Assembly: GCA_017499595.2 (NCBI GenBank)
Contig: CM039009.1
Location: 558,001-622,000 of the forward strand
Reading direction: 5' to 3'
Origin: Psilocybe cubensis
Taxonomy: Eukaryota
DNA: 64,000 nucleotides
Positions 50,152 through 62,141 of the stretch are shown piece by piece. Each line of letters opens with the position of its first letter. Position 1 is the first letter of the stretch. The notes beneath the pieces were generated by a model. The model was not told the origin of the DNA. It saw nothing but the letters and a program-made list of their open reading frames with translations, and did not search any database. The position numbers were made by a program, and so were the translations under genes.

Positions 50152-51479
50152 AAGGATTTCAAAGAACAAGAAAAACAGACCGCCAATGCGTTTAGATTCT
50201 CTCTTTGCACATCGTTTCTTAATTCGCCTCTCTCTGCACCCTCGACATTCGTACTGTCGTTTGTTTTGTTGATTCCGTGTCCACCGTCTCCAACAGTCCA
50301 TCACTATATACGCACCCTCGTCGCACACTCGCTCGCTTTCGGTCATCCGTGTAACTATGCTATCTCTGTTTTCTGCTTTTCTTTTTTTATATCTCTCCAT
50401 CTTCCATTCTCCTTCCTATTCCCCTTTTTTCTTTGACGTCACATCGAGTTTTTTTTTACGAAAAAAAGTCGTTTGTCCTTGTCCATCTACTGCATCTTCT
50501 TTCCACTGTCCGTGTCTGAATCCCTAGCTCCTACTCATCCACAATACCACTAACCCACCAGCATCCAACCAGTGCACCCCCAACCCACCTGCCTGACCTT
50601 CAAAAGAAAAGAGTGGAGGGACAAAAAATATATCTCATGCTTGCTTATCGAGGAACCTGTATATGAATACCCCGTCCACCGTCCACCGAACCTACATACA
50701 TCTATGCAACCCTTTTTATCAATCCAACGCGACGCGAACTGGGGCTAATCTTCCTGATATTACCTAGCCCTCTCGGCCTTTCTTCCCTTCGCCGTGTTCG
50801 TGTCCGTGTCGTGCATCCGAGCCTTTGATTTCCCCCATTCACTGGCCTCGTACTCACCTTTTCACTTTCTCCGCCTCATCTATCGTCCCTCGTACCGTAA
50901 CCAAACCTTAAAAGTAGACTCCTCCCGTCTGTGGCCGACGTCGAAGATGTGATTTTTTATCATTCAGCTTTTTTCAATTTTACGTATATATTTACTTTTT
51001 ATCCTATACCTACGTTTGTCATATATGATATGGACACACCCTCATACTTTTCTCTGTCTGTTTGTTGCTTTTCAGCTTCATTTTTTTTCTCCTGTCTTTG
51101 CTTGTTTTTTACTTTTAGGTTTGCTTTTACTTCTACGTTTACTTTTCATTGCTTTTTACTACTACTTTTACAGTACTCTTGCTGTTTTTTTTTTTCCTCT
51201 CTCTGAATGATCGTTATATCTCTTCGTATAATTTAAGGTATCACACAATTTCATGGAGTTTTTTCACTTTTGAATTCTTCTCTATCTTTCTTTCTTGTTG
51301 CGTACCCATAAGGGGATTGGATGACTGATTTCCGTTGCTCCCTTAGCGCTTGTCTGGTGTTATACTGGCCTTTAAGGACATGTCGCCTTGAAGAACGCAA
51401 TGATTGAAGTCATTCAGGCGTAGCGGGATTGTGTGTTGCCTATCGATCACTCGGCATACCTGCCGGACGATGTTTGGTT

Positions 51480-52725
51480 ATGTCTGGGCACCTCGCTCTT
51501 CCGGCTTTCCACACTAATCAACTGACCGAGGAGAATACCATGCTGCAAGAAAAAGTCACTCAGTTGCAACGTCAACTTGCCTTGGCCGAGTTACTTGAGG
51601 AAGAAGGTATCTCCTTCATTCCACTCTGGTTGTGAGTTGTTAATGATTTTTCGAATTGTTTATCCATCCCAGATACAAAGCCAAAGAAACCGCAGCGGAA
51701 GAAAGGCAATTCACAGAAGAGTGGCGCAGCCTCCGTTGGTGGCTCGTCGACTCCTTCTGATCCTTTGGTATTGATCCCATTCAATCGGCTTTCCTCTTGA
51801 CTTGCCTCTGACGGTTTAATTCACAGGCACTCTTGACTGAAACGGTGGCGAACTTACAGAAGGCGATGACTGAGGAGCGTGAAAAGATGGCGAACTTACG
51901 GAAGGCGATGACCGAGGAGCGTGAAGCGATGACTGAGGAGTGTGAAAAGGTGGCGAACTTACAGAAGGCGATGACCGAGGAGCGTGAAGCGCTGACTGAG
52001 GAGTGTGAAAAGGTGGCGAACTTACAGAAGGCGATGATGACCGAGGAGCGCGAAGCCAGGCAGAAAGTCGAGGCGACGTTGGCGAACTTACAGAAGGCGA
52101 TGACCGAGGAGCGTGAAAAGGTGGCGAACTTACAGAAGGCGATGACCGAGGAGCGCGAAGCCTGGCAGAAAGTCGAGGCGACGTTGGCGTCTGAGAGAGA
52201 CGAGCGTCTTTGGCAGTTAAGCGAAGTTGCGGGACGTACGGGGGAACTCGAGCAGTGGGCCGTTACTGCGGTGCGTATGACTATAGCTGCTTTCTTTTGA
52301 CCGTTACTTATTCTTTACGATTATTGCAGGACCCTGAAATACTTGATCGCATACGACTCCGTAGTCTTCTTGATGAAGGTCAAGCAAAACTAGCCAGATT
52401 TGCAGGGCTTGTTTCTGAGAAAGATACTACTTCGTACGCGTCAATGACATGGCGGCTGAAATTGAAAGGTGAAGATGGGGAACCAGCAGCTGATGATGCC
52501 CGCTTGCGTACTGCACGCTCACTCCTGACTGGCAGAGGGGGTATAATTCCACAGGCAATCCAAGTACTCGTGGATAATAAGGATGCGATGCGCCTGCTGA
52601 CGGAGACGAAGTCATCGATCCGCAACTGGGGTAACCATTTTGCTCACCACCTTGCCAGTAAGCCTGCCGAGGACAAAAAAGGTATGCTCGGCATTCTTGA
52701 GTTTGTTTCAGGCTCGTCTATGTAG
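51480..52725 (+). CDS. Coiled-coil protein with tandem heptad repeats
   Basis: Four exons splice in frame: MSGHLALPAFH..LLEEE / DTKPKKPQRKKG..SDPL / ALLTETVANLQKAMTEERE..WAVTA / DPEILDRIRLRSLLDEGQAKLA..GSSM*. Start codon uncertain. Confidence 0.65.
51848..52186 (+). repeat. Coding tandem repeat, six copies of ANL(Q/R)KAM(M)TEERE
   Basis: Near-identical DNA units GCGAACTTACAGAAGGCGATGACCGAGGAGCG; unit lengths 14, 21, 21, 22, 14 and 21 codons. Confidence 0.95.
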
Positions 52726-54318
52726 AGGCTTCTTAATAGTTATTTACTTACATTGTTTGTGTATGGGATTCAGACCGGGTCCTGTGGCATGAATCACCTG
52801 ATTGGATCAAACTCGAAAACTCAGCCGAAACTGAGCTTGAACTTGGAATATTTGCGGCATATTGAGACTCATTTAACATCATTTGTGGTGGTTCATTGCT
52901 CAAAAAGATTTAAATGGTTCTCTATCACCAGAAGAATTATTGTTTAGATATTTATGAATATTAACCAAATCTCTAGTGCTTTAAACAATATCAGGGCTCT
53001 TCAGAATGACCAATATTATATCAAATTTATATAGGGAGTTACTTGGATTACTTAGAAAATTAATGCCATAGTACCATACTAGTTTATAATGAGTTAGAGA
53101 AGCTACTTAATCCAATTTTTTAAATTCAGTGGTAATTTACTGGCCTGTTATTTATCAGATTCTGTCAGCTGTGGCACAAACACAATGGCAATGATGGGCA
53201 AAGGTAACACTAAAATAACACCTACAATGGACCTTGCCTTGGACCCTGGGAAAATCTGACAAATATTCCCAGTTTCATGTGAGGGCCAAGTCCAGGTCCA
53301 GGTCCAGGTCCATTTGGCCCTTGCTCCCAGTCGATCCGACGCTCTCGGTCAGGACAACACCCAGGCTAACTGGTCAGCATTTTTGTCCGGCGTGATAGCG
53401 ACCTTACGGTCTACTTTCTGGCTGTTATGCACCAGCTCATATTCAGAATGCGACTTTCAACAACAACCTACTTTCCAGGCTTCTTTGAAGGGGCCGATTG
53501 CACTCATCCGGAATATCTACATACATAATTTTTCCAGCCGGTTAATGAAAGACGAGGTATCGGAGTCGGGACGGGTTAGAATGGTTGTCCTCGATGTTAT
53601 TGCAACATGAAGGCGGTGAATCCCTTTTTGTTTTTCCTCGGGCTGTACCAGTATAATCAAACTCGTGTGCGGCTGTGCATTTAGTATGTAGGGACGGATG
53701 TTATTTCAGCGTATCTGAATGGTTCACTGATTCGGCTTGTTCAGGCAAGGTGTTTAATCGTATAGATTTTCGAAGGAGGTGTCCAAACGTATCTCTAGAG
53801 TCGGAGCGTTTGCCGCTCGAAGATGCGTGTACTCTTACTCTGTACATGTACGTATGAGTATGATGGCGGACGCCAGTGTTCGCCCAGCACCGCCCCAACC
53901 GCCCCTCGATGTCATCGATGTCTTTGACACAGTGGTAATTACGACCCCGGAGAAATTTGAAAATTAAATTCAAATTTCTTGTCATCCGCGACGACAGGAG
54001 GGTATTTGGTGTGCATAGCGCGAATACTCCCTGACTCCTGGGAGTTCTGAATACTTGTGTCCAGTTTTACAACAACAGCAAATTGTGTGCGGTCCCTGTT
54101 CTCTGTTTTACGAATCTTCAGGACGAATTCAGGACGCAATACAGGTGCGTAGGTTGGAAAGGTCTGGAAGAGTTTGTATCCAATTATGCTGCCCTTGGCG
54201 ATTTAGGGGTGTGGTGACGTATACGAATAGCTCCCGCTCCATCGTACTCTCCCCCTCTTCCTCGAAATCTCTTGGGCGGGCCATGCTTCTGGCGGTGAAA
54301 TCAGGGGCCATCTGTGAG

Positions 54319-54324
54319 TATAAA
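54319..54324 (+). promoter_or_regulatory. Candidate TATA box of lectin copy 3
   Basis: TATAAA about 75 nt upstream of the ATG at 54399, followed by a CA-rich leader. Confidence 0.5.
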
Positions 54325-54398
54325 GCCTGGGCAGGTTGGAGCGGATTTCTTTCATCGCATCACACATCACATTAACCCAACACACCACATCCACAAAC

Positions 54399-55071
54399 AT
54401 GCCTGCCAACGTCCAGAGCGGAAACCGCTATGTCCTCGTCAACAAGAAGGGAAAGACCGTCGTCGATCTCTCTGGTACTGATGGCCGCAGTGGTACGTCG
54501 TCTCACAGTCGCTTTGTTGCTCCCAGTTATGTTTGCATTCTGACGTCGAATTCCTAGTCATCGGATGGGAACGCCACAATGGAGAGAACCAGCAGGTTCG
54601 TTTGCATTATTTTCTGGGTTTGGGATTCTACCATTCTGACGTGTTTATTTTGAATCTATAGTGGGAGGTCATTGAAGTCAACGGTGGCTGGAACCTGAAG
54701 AACGTTGGAACTGGCAAGTACCTCAGCCTTGGCTGCGGCATCAAGAACGGAGGATCTGTCGTTGGATCCGATGAGCCTTTCACTTGGCAAATCACTCAAG
54801 ACAGCGAGGACTGCAATGGCCTTCGGTAGGACCCTCATTATTTGTGACAATGGACAGAGACTTACTTGTTAATCCTGTAATAGCGTCAAGGTCCCCAACA
54901 CCAACAAGGACCTCGACTTGTCCGACAACGGAAACCCTACTCCTGGAAACCCTATTGAGATCTGGGGAAGCTGGAAAGCCGATAACCAGATCTGGTACTT
55001 CGAGCAAGGTACGTCGCTGCTCAGATATATTTCTTGATACATTTACTGATTGTCTTTCAATAGCTTGCTAA
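54399..55071 (+). CDS. Ricin B-type lectin, no signal peptide; copy 3
   Basis: Same five-exon layout: MPANVQSGNRYVLVNKKGKTVVDLSGTDGRS / VIGWERHNGENQQ / WEVIEVNGGWNLKNVGTGKYLSLG.. / VKVPNTNKDLDLSDNGNPTPGNPIEIWGSWKADNQIWYFEQ / AC*. Confidence 0.88.
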
Positions 55072-55404
55072 ATGTACCATTGATTGTACTGGGATTTAGC
55101 TTCAGAGCACAATGTTGTAGACCATTAGAAGTGGTTTAATATAATTCAAACAGTGTATAACCCAATAATGAAGAGTGTGAACGTGATAAGCCATTTGAGG
55201 AAGACACTACTTACTGATAACACGATACGGAAGCCTACGGTACATGAGTTCAAGCGCGTCATTGTTGCCCCTATTTTCGGTCTAAATTTTCAGCGCGTCG
55301 ATCACATGACCCATTAGCCGATAAGATTCCACTGACTTGCGAACCTGTCGATCTTTCGTTTGACTTGTTGTTAAACATATCACACGCAGAGTAGGTTGTG
55401 CTTC

Positions 55405-58400
55405 ATGCAGGCCGAAACCATGACTATGGAAACCTCTGTCCAGGTGTCTACGCCAACAACGACTCCCAATCTGTACCCCGCAGGAACGGCACCAGTAAAA
55501 GCAGAGTGCGTCAAATTGAGTATATAGCTGGAACCGAATAATGAAGTTTTCGTTTCCGGCGAGTTTCTGCCTTCCATCGACTGATATAAACGGTATAATA
55601 TAGATACCTGATATCTAAAACACCGCAGTTTGTTGCGGATGACGACGCAGCTGAAGGAAACACGACTGGGGACCGTGGACAACGTCACGACGCACGAGAT
55701 GGCACACCCGATACACGGGGACCGATACGAGGAGGAAAGATGACGAAAGAGCAGAAGAAGGCGCGCCAGGGTCAGAACAAGGCCCGCAAATTTGGGAAAG
55801 TGAAGGATGAGCTTACATTGTGCTGGAAGGTTGCCAATGGGTCGGTCTGTGAATTTGGGGCCGAGTTGAGTATTTTCGTCTTTTTGATTTTGGACTTCCT
55901 TTGTGGTGGCCTCCATGCGCCATTGATTGTGCATAGAGGCAAACCAATGAATTATACATGATTTTCTAACGCATATATTGGAAAACTTACAGACGTATTT
56001 TGAACTTACAGTTGCCGGAATACCCATGACATCACATCATACCTCGCAGCCAAACCTCCAGACCTTCGCATCCCAGAAACATCTGGTTTCTCAGAAGAAC
56101 CACCATACGCTCCTGATGCCGGATCGTTGCGGAAAATACATCCTGCGTACCCTTCACTGGACCTAAACACCGTATGCCCAATCTTTGCAGAGACTGGAGA
56201 ATGCGGGTATGTCCAAAATATTTTGCGATATAACTGTTCACTGATGGCAGACAGATACGGGTTTAAATGTCGATTCCTTGGAGGTCATATCCGCATCTCG
56301 GAGGAGTCGGGAGAGCTTTCTCTGGTCACGGACGAAGACAAAAAAGCGCAGGCAGCGGTGACCGCAAAGGAGCTTAACTTTGTTGAAACTGACGTGCAAA
56401 AGGCGCTGCGCTCGCGAAAAGTGCGTTGTCCTCGACCTATTCATTGTGTACGAAAGCATCTGATTTCTTTATCCCGAGTAGTACCCACTTCCAATCTCAG
56501 ATGCTTACCTTCGCCAACTGGCCCTAGAGAACAACGAGCAAAATCCCAAATCAAAACCTGTCCCAGATTCCAATTCAGTAATCATTGGAGAACCTGAACA
56601 AGATATGGAGGATGTCGAGATGACTGCTCCGGTACCAGTGCCTGCGTCTGGCGTTGTACCCCCCATTGACTCGAACACGAGCATGGAAACCTCAACTGCA
56701 CCCAAACCAGTTCCTGTTCCTGAGGCCGAACCTGGAGCTGCGCCCGTGTCCGCTCCTGAACCAGTACAAACGGAGTTGGTGGCAAAGCGCACTGGGGATA
56801 CTCTACCTTTGTCGAGCCAAGTAGATTCACCAGATGCCAGAATTCGCTTCTCGGAGAAGAAGAGGTTGCACTGGAAAGGAAAGACTTGTAAGTGCCTTTG
56901 ATGCCACAATCAAGGGTTTGTTTCACAAAAGTCTCCCTGTAGATTTGGCGCCTCTAACTACTGTTGGCAATTTGGTGGGTCATCCCTTGGACTTGGATGG
57001 AACAAGGCTAAAGGTTGTTATGCAATGTTTTGTAGCCATTCCGCAGGCTATGTGTAGATTTCGGTGCCGATATCACTTGTGGAGAGAGTATGCCTCCATC
57101 GTCGTTATGTGTTGCTTAGATCAATGAGCTAACGCCATCGTTTGTTTAGTGGGACTCGCAACATCCTTCCTCTCTGGGTCCAAAGAAGAATGGTCGCTCG
57201 TCCGCCGACACCCATCAGAACGAATCTTTGGTGTACAGGTCGCAGGAAACAAACCTGCCAACCTCGTTCCTGCAGCCGAGGTCCTGGCGAAGGAATGTGC
57301 GGGAAACATCGACTTTGTAGATGTCAATTGCGGATGTCCCATCGATTTGGTATTCAAACAGGGTAGCGGGTCTGCATGTAGGTCCATCTCACTTGTAATC
57401 CTTTGACGCTTTCGATTTTTGACTGATATCTGCAACAAAGTGTTGGATACTGTTGGAAAGTTAGGCAAGATTCTCATTGGAATGAACAAGGCGCTGGGAG
57501 AGATACCCGTGACTGTGAAGCTCAGAACGGGCGTGAAGGATGGGAAGAACACGGCACATAAAACCATGCCCCGGCTTGCTGCTGAATGGAATGTAGGCTG
57601 TATTACGGTACGTGTTCTTACTATATGTATTTTGGTTCTTGCTTATATGCTTGATAAAGTTACATGGACGGACGAGGCAGCAGCGGTATACGAGACTTGC
57701 TGACTGGGACTACATTAAACAATGCGTGGATGCTGTGAGAGCCCGAGAGCAAGACGAAGATTGTACGTGTTGATGATTTCTTAAGAATCTATACTAACGG
57801 ATTAAATGATCGCTAGTACCTCCTGTACCCATATTCGGAGGAGGCGACTGCTTCTCGTCACAAGATTATTGGTCCAATGTCGAGAAAACGGGTGTGGATG
57901 GGGTTATGATCGCCCGAGGAGCGTTGATCAAGCCGTGGATCTTCACTGAGGTCAAAGAGCACAGGGAGTGGGACATCAGCGCGCGAGAGAGGTTGGACCT
58001 TGTTCGAAAAGTATGTCCTATGCATCCTTTTGTCTTAATACGTAGAACTGATGTCAATATTTATTTGTAGTACGCAGAGTATGGGTTAAAGTGAGTAACA
58101 CCTTGGTTGTTCTACGTTTGTTACTGACATTTATTACCATCTTATTAGCCACTTTGGATCAGATACTACTGGTGTCAATGCGACTAGACGGTATCTATGT
58201 GAAGCCCTTTCCTTCCAATACCGATACGTACCCATCGGTATTCTGGAGCATCTTCCGGGCAGGATCAACGATCGAGCACCAGCTTTCCGAGGGCGAAGTG
58301 ATCTGGGTAAGCACCTCTAACTTTACCTGGCTTCTGCTAAAGTATAACATCTCCTCTGTAATAGAAACTCTACTCGCCAGTCCTGATAGCAACGACTGGG

Positions 58401-58501
58401 TAAAAATATCGGAAATGTTCTTGGGACCCGCTCCAGAGTCCTGGAACTTTTTGCCCAAGCACAAGAGTAATGCTTACGGTTCTGAGGAAGGACAAGGATG
58501 A
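55405..58501 (+). CDS. DUS3: tRNA-dihydrouridine(47) synthase
   Basis: [21 protein letters not shown]-type zinc fingers, [28 protein letters not shown] (catalytic Cys), [32 protein letters not shown]. Alternative ATGs at 55420 and 55426. Confidence 0.93.
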
Positions 58502-58687
58502 TTCGTGGAGTGCATTATATGTAGAGGGATGCGCTGTCGATAAATTTCCTTCTGAATCAAAAATTGATACTCATCACTCTCGCTGTCAGAGCTAAATGTC
58601 AGCGGATAATTTTTTGGTAAACTTTTTCGCGAAAAGTCAATAGCATGCGACATTTGGCTTCGCATACATATATGGATATAAAAACAA

Positions 58688-58795
58688 TCCTTCGAATCGG
58701 GATCGAACCGATGGCCTCGAGATCACGTGATAGGCACGTGTAGGTAACTTAGTATCAATTACAGTCTCACGCTCTTCCAACTGAGCTATCGAAGG
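58688..58795 (-). tRNA. tRNA-Tyr (GUA) with a 35-nt intron (58724-58758)
   Basis: Acceptor stem CCTTCGA/TCGAAGG+A; D arm GCTC-AGTTGGAA-GAGC; anticodon stem TGAGA/TCTCG with loop CT-GTA-A; T arm ATCGG-TTCGATC-CCGAT. Confidence 0.95.
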
Positions 58796-59338
58796 CTGAA
58801 AGGAAAGATAAACATGGCAATCATAACGTTGTTCGGGTACTAAAGTAGCCTGTTGGCCCGCCAAAGGTCCTCACGGTGGGCCTCTGGTTTGCACTCTCAT
58901 TCTCATCTCATGGTCTTTCTTTCTTGTGTCTCAAGCAGCCCCAATCAGCTTGAAAAATCCATCTGACGCTCAGCATATCTCAATATCAACTCGTTGATTC
59001 AGAACTGGGCGGCAACGGTTGGGATATTTGACGAGGAAGTGTGCTGCGATTATGACGGGATCAGGCTTCAATACTCACTAGCAGCACAGCCTACTGGAGA
59101 AAGCCACTGCACTGCTGATTCATATCCGACCAGATTCTGCGCTTATCTTGCTCATACTACAACCATAAAAGGCACAAGGTTGGCTCTAGCTTACTAGCAA
59201 ACTCTCACAGAACCACGAAAGGTCTATAAAATAAATTTGGCATTATACCGGTATGTTCCAATCGTGTGTATCAGTAAATTCAGAAGACTGAAGCAATAGG
59301 CGTTTTTCTTGGACACGAATAAACTACAGTCTTCAGAT

Positions 59339-61240
59339 ATGTCTTCCCCTTTACACCCACCGGCGCAGCAACATGGAATAACCACAACTATTTTGGACCT
59401 TCCAAACGAGCTGGTGCTACATATACTCTCCATCGACGATGTACTCTCCTCCAAAGACCTGTTTAATGTGTCATTTCTTTCGCGACGTCTTCATGCCATT
59501 GCCATGCCTTTATTTTTGTCTAACCATGGTGTCATGGACCCAGCGCACGAGACATCAATTTTTGTCATTGAATGGGATCCCAACCGTAAGGCTATAACCT
59601 ACCAACCCGATGCCTTGTCTGGATTGAGCACCCTCACATCTCTCTCCTCGATCGAAAACTTTAAATGTTTTTTCCAGGATCCAGACAGCAAGACCTTTCG
59701 AAATACAAGACAGGATGCCTTCCACCTTCCCGACGCCGTCAATCGGGTGTCACGATTTATACAGAGGTTGAAAAATGTCGGCAACGCCGAGATTTACCTC
59801 ATGTGGGACCCATATTTCGTCACTCATGCTCGATCAATGGTAAACACCCCCATCACGGAAACTAAGAGGTGGGCCAATGCATTTGGATATTTGCTTAACC
59901 TGCTCGTTTTGCGAGGATGCAAGTCGTTAACGGTCCAGTATGATCCAACCATCTCTCCCCCATTTACTTTCCAGTCTACAAACCGACTCAAGCGCGCCTG
60001 GTCATTCGTCTCGCAGAATGTGTTCCGAAGGGACGGGCAATCTCCATCCACAGGAGATATTCAACTCCAATGGGAGTTTAAAAGACCGCTTTACGAGGAG
60101 AAATGGGAAAATGCTCCTACCGAAAAGGTCGAATCTCCCCTTCTAGCTTCCCTTGGTCAAAGGTTCAATTGCATCACACACCTTGCGATCCATTCCCCGA
60201 CTCTTCTGCTGCCGCCGTTCACCAACTGGACGTTATCACTCCTCCGAACACATCCATTGCTAACATCAATCTCCTTTGCTTACATTACATTTTCAAAGGA
60301 TACTTGGGCAACGATATTACCATTCATAGTAGACGCGGTCGCCGACAAGCTTACAGAATTGGCGTTTTATAAAAACTGCCCCGAGATAGATGTGGACAAC
60401 CTACTCTTATTTATCAGCCACTTGCCCAACTTGCGACGCCTAACCGTGGACCGCTCTTTCCGCTCCAGGTTAAATGATGCAAGGCCGTACAAAGCGAGAG
60501 CACCCTTTCTAACATCGCCCGCTGCAAGTCTTCCTGCGTTCCTCCATTTGGAAACATTGCATGCCCCTGTGGAACTGGTGTCTCTGTTACTCGATTATCA
60601 ACCAGCGATGACCAAGGGTGGTACGGCGCTCGTTCTACCGCGTCTTACAAACCTCGCAGTATATCCATCCAGCCGTCTCATTCATCCTCCGAGTTACATT
60701 AAATCAAGCCTCGTCGTCAACGCGCTGCTGCAACGCATGGTTTTACAAACACGGTCGCTACCCATTGTGTACGCTCTCGACGCGCAAATGGAATTCACAG
60801 ATTTTGGGCCGGTGAGCCAATACATAAACGCACTGAACACGAGACAGGAATTTCGTCGCGTCGTATGGGAAACCCTCTCTGAAGCCGACATCGACACCTT
60901 GATGCAGAACGGCAACAACAATTCCAACAGTAACATCCCTCTAATCGCATTTGTGCACATTACCCATCTATTCCTCTATCGCATTGATGCGCCGAGTGAG
61001 TCAGCGCTACGCAGCCTCGAAAAAGAGCAGAAAGCACCTCCGTTGTGTGTGTGGATTAACCTTTTGTTCCCGAATCTCGAATGCATTGAATTTACGTGCC
61101 ATATGGAAGCCAATCCACGACAGCAGCAGCATATGGACGAAAAGACGATAGAATGGCTTGTATCAGCGCTTACTGATGCTTGTCCCAAAGTCCGTATGCT
61201 CATTGTGGGCAAGAAAGTCTACAATTTGAACCGCTCGTAG
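59339..61240 (+). CDS. F-box protein with an LRR-like C-terminal region (intronless, about 633 aa)
   Basis: N-terminal ILDLPNELVLHIL..DLFNVSFLSRRLHAIA F-box motif; repeated LPNLRRLTV, LPRLTNLAV and FPNLECIEF motifs. Confidence 0.75.
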   Translation: MSSPLHPPAQQHGITTTILDLPNELVLHILSIDDVLSSKDLFNVSFLSRRLHAIAMPLFLSNHGVMDPAHETSIFVIEWDPNRKAITYQPDALSGLSTLTSLSSIENFKCFFQDPDSKTFRNTRQDAFHLPDAVNRVSRFIQRLKNVGNAEIYLMWDPYFVTHARSMVNTPITETKRWANAFGYLLNLLVLRGCKSLTVQYDPTISPPFTFQSTNRLKRAWSFVSQNVFRRDGQSPSTGDIQLQWEFKRPLYEEKWENAPTEKVESPLLASLGQRFNCITHLAIHSPTLLLPPFTNWTLSLLRTHPLLTSISFAYITFSKDTWATILPFIVDAVADKLTELAFYKNCPEIDVDNLLLFISHLPNLRRLTVDRSFRSRLNDARPYKARAPFLTSPAASLPAFLHLETLHAPVELVSLLLDYQPAMTKGGTALVLPRLTNLAVYPSSRLIHPPSYIKSSLVVNALLQRMVLQTRSLPIVYALDAQMEFTDFGPVSQYINALNTRQEFRRVVWETLSEADIDTLMQNGNNNSNSNIPLIAFVHITHLFLYRIDAPSESALRSLEKEQKAPPLCVWINLLFPNLECIEFTCHMEANPRQQQHMDEKTIEWLVSALTDACPKVRMLIVGKKVYNLNRS

Positions 61241-62141
61241 TTTCGGTTGTGTCAGATGTATAACTCTTTATGTATTATGTATCTAGTCCTTTGCTGAATT
61301 AAAATTTGTCTCGTCTCTTAAAGTGAGAGAATGTGGAAGTACCCGCTCGCGGGTACGCCTTCTCCTAGGCAGGAGACGCCGTCACGTGTACTAACTTACA
61401 TTACATTCCTACTTCTCACCTTACACTACGACACTACCCCCTCATCTCACCCAAGTTACATTCAGACATCCTCTGCATACCCATAATACACAAACTCTTC
61501 TCGAACCCACCCACCCTCGCCATGTTAAATACTACCAATCAAACTTACAGTAATGTCATAATTCACACCTATTTTCACCAAATTCAACCTTTTGTTTTCC
61601 CTTAACACTGTACATCAAGATATTACTGATTACAATTAGTAGCCAGACAATGTAGGTAGAGTAGAAACCCTTAGAAGCGCACCGAAGGGGTCATCCGGCG
61701 CACTTCCATCGGTTATCTACGCCCTGGAGACAAAACGGCCATCCTATTGGCCGTCAATCTCTCCATACCCCAAACACACTACCTACATAATCTACGCTAC
61801 GCACTACTAGGCGCGACGCACCCCCAATGAGAAATAATGTACAGACAGAATTGTACTTGGCTCTGATTCAACACTGTACACTTGGCAAGTTAATTAATTT
61901 GAAACTTCATTAATTGGACGTTGGTAGCGTTAACATTCGTAAATAATGCATGACACCGTACAAATCATATACTGAAAATGTAAAGATATCGGAATCCTCC
62001 TGCCGATTGAAGGACGGACGAAAGGTGAAAATGAGGTGTAACACAAAAACGAAGATGAAGTATACAGGGACGTCAAGCCAATAATAAAATAAGTCAAAAT
62101 GTCCACTCGGTTAGAGGAAAATAAAGAGAACAAGTTAAAAT

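Noticed and set aside
61339..61368. Perfect hairpin GTACCCGC-TC-GCGGGTAC followed by CTAG, resembling a Helitron 3' end
   Set aside because: CTAG is followed by G rather than the expected T, no 5' end can be defined, and it lies just behind an intact gene.
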